DNA from: Octopus vulgaris
Taxonomy: Eukaryota
Length of the DNA: 64,000 bases
Assembly: GCA_951406725.2 (NCBI GenBank)
Contig: OX597832.1
Coordinates: forward strand, 41,664,001 to 41,728,000
Direction of reading: 5' to 3'
The position numbers and the translations under genes are program-made. Within the stretch, counting starts at the first letter, position 1. Each line of letters opens with the position of its first letter. Of the stretch, positions 1-13,610 are shown in pieces. Below the pieces are notes generated by a model. The model had not been told where the DNA came from. It did not search any database and saw only the letters and a program-made list of their open reading frames with translations.

Positions 1-289
1 TATCAATTGAGCCTTTGGGTACTCATTGAATAAATTATCTTGCTAAGATGAACTAAAATTGTAGTGTCTTCGTTCGTGTGCACCTATCAGAAACAAAGAG
101 GAGTAGAAACACAAAGAGAGTAGAACACAAAGAGAGTAGAGAGGACTCTTGCCAGGGATAAGATAACTTCTCCAGTCTCACAATAAAATTCCTCCAAGTA
201 CTCTCTCTAAAGTGGTTGGCAAATGAATGGAGACAACGTAGAGTAGGAAGGACTCTTTTAGTTTTACCAAGGACAAGACAAAATTCTTA

Positions 290-520
290 GTGTTGGTGCC
301 ACGCGAAAATACACGATAAATTCTGTAAAGTGGTTGACAGCAGGAAGAGCATTCAAGGAAACATTCCAAAACAGAATGTGCAAGTGAGATGTAGTCCATG
401 ACCCAAACAAGAGGTCAGAAGGTCTTAATATGAGCTTATTTGGTCCCCGACGACCCATCCAACTATTGATGGCATGGAAAAGCAGATGTAAAATAATGAT
501 GACAATGATGACGACGATGA
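290..520 (+). mobile_element. Degenerate 3' end of RTE-type LINE (family C tail)
   Basis: ggtgccacgcgaaaa...aagtggttgacagcaggaagagcattc...gcatggaaaagcagatgtaaaa+(GAT/GAC)n resembles the younger copy at 9120-9318. Confidence 0.5.
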
Positions 521-589
521 TGTGTGTGCACATGTATAGGCGAGAGAGAGAAGGAGAAAGAGTGAGAGAGAGAGTGTGAGTGAGTGAGT

Positions 590-653
<64 letters not shown>

Positions 654-1409
654 AAAGGGTGTAATGTTTTTTTCCTTTTTGCAGTACAGGTGATTCTGAG
701 GTGAGGTTACACTAAAAATGTTTAGGTCAGTCAATGACAACATAGGACCTCCCAGACAACTAGAAACAACCTAAACGTTCAGAATGAAAATTTATTATAT
801 TACAGACCTGTACAACCCACATCAACACGTAATTAAAAATTAAAGAGCAAAGGAATGTTTGTTTGTTTTTTATATATTTTTTATGTTGAGAATAAACTAA
901 ATAAATGAGTTGGTAATGACCAGCTGTAATAATTTTTCTTTTAATTATAAACATGAATGTCCTTGAGAAAGGTATGAATGTCTCTCAATTTCATTTTCCA
1001 CCACATCTTCCTTCGTTCCCTAATGAAAATGATGCATTATGCTGAACTATAACAAAAATCAATAATAAGATAAAAAAAAATAAGGTAAGACTCAAACACA
1101 GAGAAAAGACTACCAAAAGGTGACAACAACAACTAATAAAAAAGCAAAAATCAAAATGTCGGTAGTCAATCAACCGTTGTAAACACGAAGACAGTATCAC
1201 AGAGATACCATTTTTTTTTTTCCACATAAAAGCAGACACGGATACTCATCACATCTACCCTTTCTCTCGAATGTACACGTACACATTGGTATACATAAAG
1301 TATATTAGTCATATAGACGCAAAGATACAAATACTGACTGATACTGAAAGACACACAAGGCCTTACACACGCAAATACACGTCTACACAGAGACACCAAC
1401 ACATAAACA

Positions 1410-2075
1410 CACACACACAAACACAAACACAGATGCTCTGTCACAAACATATACATGTATCCATACACACACACACAGATGCTCTGTCACACACATATAC
1501 ATGTATCCACACACACACACGCACACAAACACAGATGCTCTGTCACACACATATACATGTATCCACACACACACACACACACACAAACACAGATGCTGTC
1601 ACACACATATACATGTATCCACACACACACACACAAACACAGATACTCTGTCACACACATATACATGTATCCACACACACACACACACACAAACACAGAT
1701 ACACAGTCACACACATAAACATGTATCCACACACACACACACACAAACACAGATACTCAGTCACACACATATACATGTATCCACACACACACACACAAAC
1801 AAACACAGATACTCTGTCACACACATATACATGTATCCACACACACACACACACACAAACACAGATACACAGTCACACACATAAACATGTATCCATACAC
1901 ACACACACACACAAACACAGATACTCAGTCACACACATATACATGTATCCACACACACACACACACAAACACATGCTCTGTCACACACATATACATGTAT
2001 CCATACACACACACACATAAACACAGAAACTCAGTCACACACATATACATGTATCCATACACACACACACACACG
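1410..2075. repeat. Minisatellite, ~12 units of ~50-56 bp with a variable (CA)n segment
   Basis: Repeated unit acaaacacagatactctgtcacacacatatacatgtatcc(ac)n. Confidence 0.95.
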
Positions 2076-2359
2076 AGTACATAGATAAACATTACACGTA
2101 TAGAAACGAAATTCTGAAATTTCTAATTAAAATCTGAGAGAAATTAAAACGAAAGAAAACAAGAACGAGGGAAAAAAAGCAAGGGGAAAAAAAGGAAAAA
2201 GAATACGGAAGGAGAGAACGAAACGAAGGAACTAATGAATGGAGAAAGAAGAAAAATTAGATGAAAAATAAAATAAATAAATTAGGAAGAACAAACGTGT
2301 TGCATAAAAGCGTGTGTGTGTGTGTATGTATACACATATGCATTATATATAATGTATGC

Positions 2360-2429
<70 letters not shown>

Positions 2430-2430
<1 letters not shown>

Positions 2431-2573
2431 CTTTATTTAAAAGCAGCAGAAATTCGACAAAACATGTATGTTACTCGGAGTTTCACGTTCCCGTTAAATA
2501 AAGCACATTACTCTACCCCTGGTATTTGAGTACTCTTTTTTTCCACCTTGTTTCACATTTATGTGTTTACTCC

Positions 2574-2576
<3 letters not shown>
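2430..2576. mobile_element. Probable Penelope-like terminal fragment between (TG)n and (TA)n
   Basis: Starts tactttatttaaaagcagcagaaatt, also seen at ~24603; minus strand has gtgaaactccgagta (GAAA + short stem + UA, half of a hammerhead). Confidence 0.4.
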
Positions 2577-2616
<40 letters not shown>

Positions 2617-2741
2617 CACATACACTTATAAGACATACACATAATATATATGAATGTTTGTGTGTAGAGAGAGAGAGGTGGGTGGGCGTGTGTCTCATAT
2701 ACGCGTCTACATACCCACACGCCTTCATTAGTGTTGTTGAT

Positions 2742-2945
2742 TAGCCCGCCCTAAGTCAGTCCTGTCAGAGCAGACCCATGATCAACGTCATTCCAGCCGT
2801 GACCATCCAGTTTTTTTTTTTTTTAATTAATGAGTAGCCTGTAAGAGGAGTTACATTATCTAATGCGACCCTTCCTCTTTCAAAACGCAATGATGCGATT
2901 CGAGTGAGATTTGGCTGCTATTGGAAACATTTTCGTGCGACCACC
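2742..2945 (+). repeat. Old dispersed repeat, family F (unclassified)
   Basis: gagcagacccatgatcaa..cattccagcc.tgaccatc...acattatc.aatg...gagatttggctgcta recurs at ~7060-7260, 46555-46710, 52500-52930 (+) and ~8215-8360, 48850-49010, 61100-61385 (-). Confidence 0.7.
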
Positions 2946-3077
2946 TAGATACGGACAATCTTTTTCCACAGCTGGTCTTATGAGATATTGGTCATCATAA
3001 TTAGGGCCTTGCACCAAATAAATAATAATTTAACATCAAATGCCGTTACACAACAGGTATTGTTCCCTTAACTTTGT

Positions 3078-3842
3078 TTCCTCACAAGTTCCATAAAAAT
3101 GGATACCTTTCCATGAAATTTTCTACAAATATTCTTCAGGTGGTGTAGTTTCTGATCATATTGGAATTTGTCGTGGGAAAAAAAAATTCCGTGTGTGTGT
3201 ATATGGTGGTGGTAGTGTTAGAACATTCACACTGTCGGTTTTGGGTTCTCATAACTTTCAGAAAAAAAAATGGATATTTTTAAATGGAATTTTTACATAT
3301 ACCTATTTCTTTACTACTCACAAGGGGCTAAGCACAGAGCGGACAAACAAGGACAGACAAATGGATTAAGTCGATTATATCGACCCCAGTGCGTAACTGG
3401 TACTTAATTTATCGACCCCGAAAGGATGAAAGGCAAAGTTCTACCTCGGCGGAATTTCACTGTGTAAATTACGATTATATTGAAATTTGATGTGAAAAGG
3501 AAAATTATGAGCACACACACATACATACTGACACATATCACAGTTTTTCACGAAATTTCAAATCTTTCCTTTTACTATTATTTATTAAATTCCGATGTAA
3601 TCATAAACTACACACTCTGAAGGATATTCATAGAAAATTTCGTTTAGAAATCCCCATTTTTCTGAAAGTTATGAGGAAACAAAGTCGACTCGTGTGAATC
3701 TTCCGAAACTCCTCTCTCCAACCACGGATTTTTTGTTTTCTTTTCACAACAAATTCCGATATAATTGGAATCTGCACCATGTGAAGCGTATTTGTAGAAA
3801 ATTTCATTAATAAATACCGATTTTTCTGGAGGTTGTGAAGAA
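3078..3842. mobile_element. Fold-back-type non-autonomous element built of diverged ~170-bp subunits
   Basis: Motif ttc.tca.aa.ttc..aaaaat..at..tt..atgaaattttcta at 3078 and 3246 (+) and inverted at ~3580-3680 and ~3735-3842. Confidence 0.6.
3304..3456 (-). mobile_element. SINE-B, 5'-truncated
   Basis: Reverse complement of SINE-B body ending gtaaagaaata. Confidence 0.9.
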
Positions 3843-4388
3843 AAAAAGTCGTTGGGGAGCGCACGTGGAGGTAAGCCACGCAATATGCCATATATGTTAC
3901 AACATACGTTATTACATGGTGTAAATCATTAACATTTAATTAAAGCGTCAGTAATTAAGGAAGTATGAAACAAAATTGTTCAAATTGACAGAACGGATCT
4001 AAAAACATTATATCACAAAATTTTTTGCGAAGTTATAACGTTTATATAATTATAATTCTACAATGTGCAGCAAAATATAAGACATGAAGGAACCGCATGC
4101 AGCCTGATGGGCCGTTGGTCCCGTTCGTGCCCCTTATGCCTGACGTACAGGCTTCCCGTGAGAATGTATATATCTGATGTGTGTATATTCACAGATGCGT
4201 AAATGAAAGATTAGGACAACTTATATAAAAGGTAATAAATAATATTCTTTTCTTTCTGTTTTCCGTTAGGCTATAAAGCGGATGAGAAGCAATTCCCACC
4301 CAAAATCGAAGGCCCAAAACAACTGTTCTACCCGACACCACACGTTATTCTGTCTCGTATATTTGACTGTGTACATACATACATACAT

Positions 4389-4421
<33 letters not shown>

Positions 4422-4472
4422 TACATTCATACATACATGCATTCATACACATACATACATACATACATACAT

Positions 4473-4505
<33 letters not shown>

Positions 4506-4864
4506 TACATTCATACATACATGCATTCATACACATACATACATACATAAATAAATACATACATACATAATTATATATGTGCGTGTGTCTGTATATATAG
4601 GTGTGTGGGTGTATTTATATATGCATATATATGTGTGGATATATATATATATGTGGATGGATATATATGTGTGTGTGTGTATGTATGTATGTGTGTGTGT
4701 ATGTATGTATGTATGTATGTATGTGTGTATGTATGTATGTATGAATGTATATAAACATGACTAAAGGATAAAAATCATTAAAATTGATGAATTTTATCAG
4801 TAGTCACCATATAAAAACAACCTGCATGCGTATATATGTCTGTATGTGTGTGTGTATATATATA

Positions 4865-4899
<35 letters not shown>

Positions 4900-5618
4900 A
4901 TGTATGTATGTATGTATGTATGTATGTATGTGTGTGTGTGTATCCACTATGTGTTTATACGTCTCCAATATGTTCAAAGAGTGTAAAAGACAAGGTGCTT
5001 ACCTGACAATCATTTTGAGTGTGTGTGTATCCGCGTGTGTGTGTGTGTGTGAATGCGCGTGCGTATGCGTGTGTGCGCGCGTGAGCGTGTGTGTTATGTC
5101 GTCTGCTCTTCTCCGTCGACGTAACTAAACGAGCGACGACTGTCTTTTTATCTTCCGTCCTCTCAATGTGTCCACTCTCGGCCAGTAATACTCCTTAATT
5201 TTCATTAAAACAGTGATGTCGCTATCGGTCAGTGGGTATCAAATTCGTAGAGAAATTCTCGTTGAATTCATTCAGCCCGCCGTGTTATATAAGCGAGCCG
5301 AATCACACAAATGGCTGTTTCAGCCACTGAATGGAAACTCACACTTACTCTCTCTCTCTCACTCAGTCTCTTTCTCTCTCTCTCTCTCACTCACTCAGTC
5401 TCTTTCTTTCGCTCAGTTTCTCTCTCCCTTTGCCTCTCTTACTTTCTCTTTTGTCTCTCACAACCTCCCACTCTTTCTATCAGGTTCTCTGTCAACCAGT
5501 TTATCTCTTCCCACTTTCACCGTTTCTTTCTCGTCCCAAGTCTGTGTGTGTGCGTGTGTGTATGTATTGATTATATAGATATTATCTCTCCCCCCTCTCT
5601 CTCTCTCTATCAATCTAT

Positions 5619-5735
<117 letters not shown>

Positions 5736-5736
5736 C

Positions 5737-5775
<39 letters not shown>

Positions 5776-5965
5776 CATATATATATAGAGATATATTATT
5801 TCTCTCCTACTGTCTCCCTCCCTCATATCTCTTTATCTCTCTCTCTATCTATCTATCTATCAATCTATTCTACATGTTGATTATATAGATATTATTTCTC
5901 TCTCTCTCTCTCTCTCATTCTTTTTTTTCTATCTATCTATCTATCAATCTATTCTACATGTTGAT

Positions 5966-6002
<37 letters not shown>

Positions 6003-7525
6003 ATATATATGTATGTGTGTGTGTGTATACACAAACACACACACACACATATTGTGCTCAAACACACATGTGAGTAAATCTAATGATGTGGTGGCAAAAT
6101 GGCATTGATGGTGGTGTTTGTTATGATTGTGATGGAAGTTATTGTAGGGGGTGATGGTAGTGGTGGTGATGGTCATCACTGACAACAGCGACCGTTGATG
6201 GTAGTGGTCACTGTTGGCTTTTTTTTGGTATGAGTAACACCAACAGTAAGAAACAGCAGTTATAATACTGGTGATGGTGAAGTCAGTGGTGGTGGGGGTG
6301 ACAGCAGAGGAGGTGGTGTGGTGGTGGTGATGGTGGTGGTGGTGGTGGAGGTGTTGGTTAGTGCTTGCAGCATTGATGGTATCAGTGGTGATATTGGTAT
6401 TGACTTTGGTTGTGATGGTAGCATTTGTAGTGCTGGTGGTGTTGGCTGTGTTTTGTTGGTCATGCTGGTAGTTGCTGGTGTTGATGCTTGTGTGCGTATG
6501 TGCGTGCGTGCATCTGTGTGCTTTTGTGTGTTTGTGCATGAGAAAGAGAAAGAAAGAGAAAGAGAGAAAGACAGAGAGAGGGGAGAGAGAGAGAGAGGGA
6601 GAAAAAGAGAGAGAGAGAAAGTGAGGGAGAGAGCTAGTAAAACAAGGTGTTAAAATAGCCTTTAGTTGGTGTGACAATCTTCAAACAGACCATTCTTGTA
6701 ATTCTTAACCAGAAGGAAATTAGGGGAAATTCCTATGGGGGAAATTGTTTTAAGCTGAAAAAATTCATCAAAATTATCCTCAGTTTTTCCTGGCTTTTAT
6801 TTTTCTTTATTCTCGATTTTTAAGGATGCTAGTGGTAAAATTAACACAAGGTTCTTAATGTTATGCAATAAATAGTTTTTACTTGTCATATGATGGGATA
6901 AACTGGTAAAGGTGGAGAGAGAAAGATATATATATATATAGAAACAAAAAATAGGGGTTAAGAAATAAGAAATACTCTTCAATCTATATATGTGTCTGTG
7001 AGCTAAAATTCCGAATGACAACCATTACAAATATTAGCTCTACTGATATAGGTTGTTTATTCTCAGCTCAGACCTGATTAAATAGACAGACCTTCGTTCA
7101 AAGGCATTTGTTTCAGCCTCAACCATTCTATCTTTTCCTCTAGCACAGCATGTCTGAGACTACATTATATAATGCATCCTGCTTTCTGTAAGGTGTGTTT
7201 CGAGGGTGAATAGGGATTTGACTGCTGTTTCTAGCATGCCAGGCGGCTACATCAAAGCTCCCTTCAGGGGATGGTAGTAGGTATGGTGGTGTGTGTACAA
7301 TTGTGACAACAGTGACGATGACGATGGTGGTGATGATGATGATGATAGTTACAGTGATAATGGTGATGTTAATGATGTTGGTGACAGTGGTGGTAGTGGA
7401 GGTGGTAGTGGTGGTGGTAGTGGTGTAGGTAATGATGGTAGCAATTGCGATGACTGCGGAGGTGGTAGTAAGTGTTGGGTAATGGTTCCGAGGATGGTAA
7501 TCATCATAGTGGTGATGGCAGTGGT

Positions 7526-7722
7526 GGTAGCAGTGTTGATAATGGTAGTAGTGATTATTATGGTGTTGGTTGTAGTGACAGTGGTGGTGGTGGTGGTGGT
7601 GGTAGTAGTAGTGGTGGTGGTTGTGGTAGTGGTAGTAGTGGTGGTGATGGTGGTGGTGGTGGTAGCAGTGTTGATAATGGTAGTGATTATTATGGTGTTG
7701 GTTGTAGTGACAGTGGTGGTAG
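7526..7722. repeat. (GGT/GAT)-rich low-complexity tract with a duplicated ~60-bp block
   Basis: ggtagcagtgttgataatggtagt..gattattatggtgttggttgtagtgacagtggtggt at ~7526 and ~7661. Confidence 0.8.
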
Positions 7723-8708
7723 TGGTGATGGTGGTGGTGGTGGTAGTGGTGGTAATGGTAATAGTGACAGTGACAGCAGTGGTGGTAAATGTAAGAATGA
7801 TGATGATGATGACGAGTGACGATGGTGATGGTAGTGATTGATGGTGGTGGTAGTAGTGGTTGCGGTTATGGTTATTTTGGCACCTAACAGAGTTACATCA
7901 CTACCATCTTCACCATCACCATCACCATCACTACCACCATCATCATCATCATTGTTTTCTTACATTATAACAATAACAGCACTGCATTATTGACTTGCCA
8001 TCATGCCTTGCTAAAGTGGTGACCTGCTTTGACTTTCTAAACGAACACGTCTTCTTCACTACGCTCGCTCGTGTACACCACTGCTACCACTACCACCATC
8101 GCCACCACCACCACCACCACTGTCGTCATTAAAACTGCCGTTACGACAGACGATACTCTTAACTACTACCACCCCTATTATCACCACCGCCGCCCCCATC
8201 ACAAGACAACAGAATCCTCATCATGACCCGTCAAATTGTACCCAGCTGTTTTAAAAACTGAAATGATACGTTTTAAGCAATGTAAAAACGACAAGATGGG
8301 CATGGGCGGAACGTCTTTGATCATAGGCTTAACTTGATTAGGTTTGATCTAAGGCTAAACAGCAACAAGAACAACAACAACACTACAACACTATGACCAA
8401 AATGAGTCGATTTAGTATTGACCATCAGGTCAGATGTCAGGAGGTCATCTACACTGCAGTACAATTAATTCTGCATTACCTCAGTTCTACTTAACTGAAG
8501 GAAATAACACAACGGGTCATCTGCAGAACAGTTACCTCACATAGACTGGAAGGGGGAAAAAAATAATAAATGGAGTAGTCATCATTGGAAGGGCTTAGGT
8601 CATAGGTCTGAGCATTCAGGGTCAAATGAGCAGCCAAAGAACAACAATTATGGTTTCAATTTTTGAAACAAGACCAGCAAATTTTGGTGGGGGTGAATAT
8701 GGTGATTA

Positions 8709-9318
8709 CCCAGGAAAACCTGGGACGAGGTGGTGAGGAACGACCTTCGAACTTTAGGTCTCACCGAGGAAATGACTAGAGACCGAGACCTTTGGAAGTA
8801 TGCTGTGCGTGGGAAGACCCGGCAGGACAAGTGAGACCATAACTCATGGCCTTTACCTGGGACGTAGCCAGCCCACTTATGCATACCTTTCCTTCTTGTG
8901 ACACAAACCCTACTTGTGAAGACCTGTTGAGGCAAGTGAAAATCGAAATCGAAATCTTTCAACATCAATGGAAATTGTAGCTGAGATACCAGTGCCAGTG
9001 GCACGTAAGAGAACCATCTGAACGTGGCCGTTGCCAGCGCCTCCCCGACTGGCCTCCATGCCGGTGGCACGTAAAATGCACCATCCGGTCGTGGCCGTTT
9101 GCTGCCTTGTCTGGCACCTGTGCGGGTGGCACATAAAAAGCACCCACTACACTCTCGGAGTGGTTGGTGTTAGGAAGGGCATCCAGCTGTAGAAACACTG
9201 CCAGATCAGACTGGGCCTGGCGCAGCCTTCTGGCTTCCCAGACCCCAGTTGAACCGTCCAACCCATGCTAGCATGGAAAACGGACGTTAAACGACGATGA
9301 TGATGATGATGATTATGA
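8709..9318 (+). mobile_element. 5'-truncated RTE-clade LINE: ORF C-terminus, 3'UTR and (GAT)n tail (family C)
   Basis: 8709-8834 translates PRKTWDEVVRNDLRTLGLTEEMTRDRDLWKYAVRGKTRQDK*, the RTE C-terminal PRKTW...DR..W pattern; ends ggacgttaaacga(cga)(tga)n. Confidence 0.85.
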
Positions 9319-9600
9319 TTTAACCCCACTGCTCCTGTTTCACTTGGTCTTATAATATTTGTGGCAGCTAGAAAGACAGACATACTGCAGCAGAGTTAGT
9401 ACCTAAGTAGGTCAGTGCCTGTCCAGTTGAACTTCACCTGACATGGCTGAGGTCGCAGGTCAAAGGGAGATGATCAATCAATTTTTGACAGAACAAAGCA
9501 AACCTTTTTTCGTGTCCGTTGATCGTTGTGGTTTGGACGACCGAGGATTCTTGGATTCGGTTTCAAATCTAGGCTTAGAGGAGGAAGTGCTAATTCTTAT

Positions 9601-10012
9601 GCAGGAGTGGCTGTGTGGTAAGTAGCTTGCTAACCAGCCACATGGTTCCGGGTTCAGTCCCACTGCGTGGCATCTTGGGCAAATGTCTTCTGCTATAGCC
9701 CCGGACCGACCAATGCTTTGTGAGTGGATTTGGTAGACGGAAACTGAAAGAAGCCTGTCGTATATATGTATATATATATATGTATGTGTGTGTGTGTGTT
9801 TGTGTGTGTGTCTGTGTTTGTCCCCCTAGCATTGCTTGACAACCGATGCTGGTGTGTTTACATCCCCGTCACTTAGCGGTTCAGCAAAAGAGACCGATAG
9901 AATAAGTACTGGGCTTACAAAGAATAAGTCCCGGGGTCGATTTGCTCGACTAAAGGCGGTGCTCCAGCATGACCGCAGTCAAATGACTGAAACAAGTAAA
10001 AGAGTAAAGAGT
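9601..10012 (+). mobile_element. SINE-A: tRNA-derived SINE with CORE-like segment and internal (TA)n(TG)n
   Basis: A box TGGCTGTGTGG, B box GGTTCAGTCCC, gcatcttgggcaaat CORE-like motif, tail actgaaacaagtaaaagagtaaagagta; many copies in window. Confidence 0.9.
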
Positions 10013-10325
10013 ACTATAAAATATATGGTGTTTTTTATGTTCAGCAAAATAATTGACAATTAATTGCAATAATTGTTTGGCCTGTATGCCAATTACAATT
10101 AACTGATTGCTAGAAAAGAATTGATTGGAAAGGTTCCAATCAATTATTTATAACCCCTGAATATTTATAGCATTATTTGCTTCAAGATCCACTATTCCAA
10201 AAATGACATCAACACTATGTGTGTGTGTGTGTGTGTGTGTTATATATATGTACGTAACCCAGAACTAAATGGTTGGGAAGCAAACTTCAGACCACAGTCA
10301 CACTTGTGCCTATATATATATATAC

Positions 10326-10356
<31 letters not shown>

Positions 10357-11870
10357 TGTGTGTATACTATATTAATCAAAGTGTACAGTATTATATATCC
10401 ATTACAGCTGACCTTACCAATTAGTTTCGCACCAGAGGTTCAACAAAGTGTTAGGTAGCAGTCTGATTATGTAACTCTGTACTCTTCAGAGGTAGCTATT
10501 ACAGAATGAAATATATAAAGTGAGAGAGGGGAGGAGGGAGAAATCTTGTTGTTAAAACATGAAGAAATTGCAAATGAGAGATGTCAAAAGTTTCAGCCAA
10601 CCTATGTGATGAGTGGAAGTGGTGGTAGGGGATCTCTCTCTCTCTCTCTCTCAAAATCTACATTAATTCTGTAGTTTGGTAAGTTGACAGCAAGTAATTC
10701 TGTTTTGGTGCCAATTGGCCATAATGTGTTTTATTGTGGTCTGAAGTAATTGTTTGGTTGTTGAGGGGTGGGTTATGGATGATTAGAGAGTTAGGAGGAG
10801 AGTGGGAGGAGGGACAGAATGGAATGGGGGGGGTAGCCGCTAAGTATTGGGGAGAAGATTGAAGAATTGTGGTATGGTGTGGTGTGGTGTGGTGTGCCAG
10901 GTGGTGTGGATAAAGGTGGGTTGAATAGGGGTGGTGGTGGATGTCAAGTAAGGTGAGTCTGTGTGTTGTGGGAAAGAACTGGGTGGAGAGAGAGGTTGTG
11001 AACAGGGGGAGTTTGAGGGAGGGGAGTGAGAGAGAATGAAAGAGAGAGAGAGAGAGATCTGGAGAGAGTGAATGGAAAGTGGGGTTGAGTGTGAAGAAAG
11101 GTTGTAAGGGAAAGAAAAGGTAAAGAGGACAAAGGGAGATGAAAGTGATAAAATGTTTGAAGAAAGACAGAAAGAAGAAAAGTATATTGAAAGAATGAGA
11201 AAGAGAAACAGAAGAAGAAATGGAACGGAAAGAGAGAGAAAAAGAAAGAAGAGAGAGAGGGAGAGAGAGGAGAGAAAGAGAGGGGAAGGTGGATGGGTAG
11301 AGAGGGAGAGGGGTAGAGAGAGGGAGAGGGGTGGTAGAGAGAGGGAGAGATAGAAGAGAGAGAGAGGAAGAGAGATAGGGGAGAGAGAGAGGAAGAGAGA
11401 GGGAGAAAGAGAGGGAGAGAGAGAGATATCAATGACATTATCTTCAATAATGCCAATTATTGGTATCACACATCTACACAGCTATACATACACACACATT
11501 CACACATACACACATACACATTCACACACATACTTTCACATCTACATACACACTCCTACCCACTTACACACATTCAAACATGTGTTAACCCACACCTATG
11601 CACATGGAAATACATATACATGCATATCTACACACGCATCCATGTTCACAGACCTACATACACACACAGACACACACAGCCATACACCTTTACACACCAC
11701 CACCCAACCTACATACACAAACAACATAAAGGGCAATAACCAGTGGTGAGCTGCCAAAATTTTAACAACTGGTTCACTGAACCACTGACATTTCACAAAT
11801 GGTTTGCTAAGCTATCAATATTCCAACTACTGATTTTGTATTAAAACCCCAACAATATTAGCAATAAAAT

Positions 11871-12180
11871 ATTTGTTTGTTTGTTCCTTCTCGAGCCATT
11901 TCTGGCTCATAAGGGCCGGCTTTCCCGGTTTCCTTGGCGTATAGGTTCCCCACCTGGACAGGAAGCCGGTCCATTGCAGTTGAGCTGCAAGATGCAGGAG
12001 GAAAGAGTGAGAGAGTCATGGTGAAAGAGTCAGCAGAAGTTTCGCCATTACCTTCTGCCGGAGCCGTGTGGAGATTAGGTGTTTCACCCATAAACACACA
12101 CATCGCCCGGTCTGAGATTCGAACCCGCGATCCCTCACCCGCGAGTCCGCTGCTCTAACCACTAGGCCGTGTGCCTCCAC
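11871..12180 (-). mobile_element. SINE-D, tRNA-derived, full length
   Basis: Minus strand: ggcctagtggttagagcagcggac...gggttcgaatctc (A/B boxes), (AAAC)n tail; second copy at 58936-59240. Confidence 0.9.
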
Positions 12181-12555
12181 ATGTAATTTCATTATTTAGG
12201 GTCTAAAATCCAATATTGCAATAGAATATAATATGGAATCCAAGAAACTGGTGGTGGTCTATGTTGGCAAAAAAAGCCAATCAATAAAAAGTTTGGAAGA
12301 ACATAAAGTTTATTTGTCGTGTAGAATGCAGAACGTTGCATGACTCTGGTCAGTCATCTGAAAGCTGGGAAATGAAGGGAAAACAACTGAATTGAGAATA
12401 TCTGATGTGAAAGGAATGACCAAGTAAGAATGATGTCATAAGACTGAGAAATCAAGGATAAAAGTTTAACAAAAAAGAGAATAGTTAGAAAGTTGGATGT
12501 GTCTTGGTGCACAAGGTGATATCACAAAGTTCCTGGACTAGTTCTGTAGTGCACC

Positions 12556-13226
12556 AGGGATGTAGTCAGCCCACTTATGCATACCTTTCCTTCTTTGGAC
12601 ACAAAACTCTGCTTGCAAAGATCTGTTGAGGCAATTGAAATTGAATTCGAAATCGAACCACATCCGACGACTGGCACCCATGCCAACCTCTCTTCATTGG
12701 ACACTAAACTCTGCTTGCGAAGACCTGTTGGGGCAAGTGAAATCGAAATTGAACCAAATCCTATGACTGGCATCCGGCCGTTGCCAGTGCTGCTGGACTG
12801 ACTCCTGCGCAGGTGGCAAGTAAAGAAACACCGTTTCAACCCTGTGCTTGAGGAGACCTATTGAGTCAAGTACATCAACATCAAAATCAATGGAAATTGT
12901 AGTTGTGATCCCTGTGCTGGTGGCACGCAAAAAGCACCATCCAAATGTGGCCGATGCCAGCGTCACCTTGACTGGCTTCCGTACCAGTGGCACGTAAAAA
13001 GCAAAAACCGATCGTGGCCGATGCCAGCCTCACCTGGCACGTAAAAGGCACCCACTACACTCATGGAGTGGTTGGCGTTAGGAAGGGCATCCAACTGTAG
13101 AAACACTGCCAGATCAGACTGGAGCCTGGTGCAGCCTCCTGGCTTCCCAGGCCCCGGTCGAACCGTCCAACCCATGCTAGCATGGAAAATGGACATTAAA
13201 CGATGATGATGATGATGATGATGATG
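12556..13226 (+). mobile_element. RTE LINE 3'UTR (family C) with internal tandem repeats
   Basis: Homologous to 8855-9318; (GAT)n tail. Confidence 0.85.
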
Positions 13227-13449
13227 ACATACATATATATATATATATATATATATCTTACAGCAGAAACAACTGTAAGGTAACAAAGTTCATGACATAA
13301 ACTTTTGGTTTTTTACAGTGTTATTCATATGACATTGTGTTCTGGACCATATGCATATTGAGTTCTACAGGCTAATAGTCTCACTATACCTAAACGAATC
13401 ATTTACACACACACACACACACACACACATCTCTATATATGTATTTTAG

Positions 13450-13610
13450 ACAGACTTCTTTCAGCTTCTGTCTAACAAATCAACTCACAAGACATTCGTG
13501 AGGCTTGGGACTTTATCAGAAGTCACCAGCTGAAGGTATCCCACAGTGGGGCCGAACCCCAAACCAAGTCGTTTTGAAGCTGAAACTTGTAAAACACACA
13601 GCCAGGCCTA
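13450..13610 (-). mobile_element. Degenerate SINE-A head
   Basis: cttctttcagcttctgtctaacaaatcaactcacaag...cagtggggccgaaccc...cacacagcca. Confidence 0.6.

Noticed and set aside
1271-2020. 249-aa His/Thr-rich ORF and the many HT/YI/CV-repeat ORFs
   Set aside because: Translations of microsatellites and minisatellites; no domain signal.
4250-4370. Polypyrimidine tract plus AG acceptor followed by an open frame
   Set aside because: No recognisable protein, no convincing donor, runs into microsatellite.
7293-7841. Gly/Asp- or Val-rich ORFs
   Set aside because: (GGT/GAT)n low-complexity DNA like other tracts in the window; no splice or domain evidence.
12105-12180. tRNA gene
   Set aside because: tRNA-like head continuous with a repeated SINE body; no proper acceptor stem.
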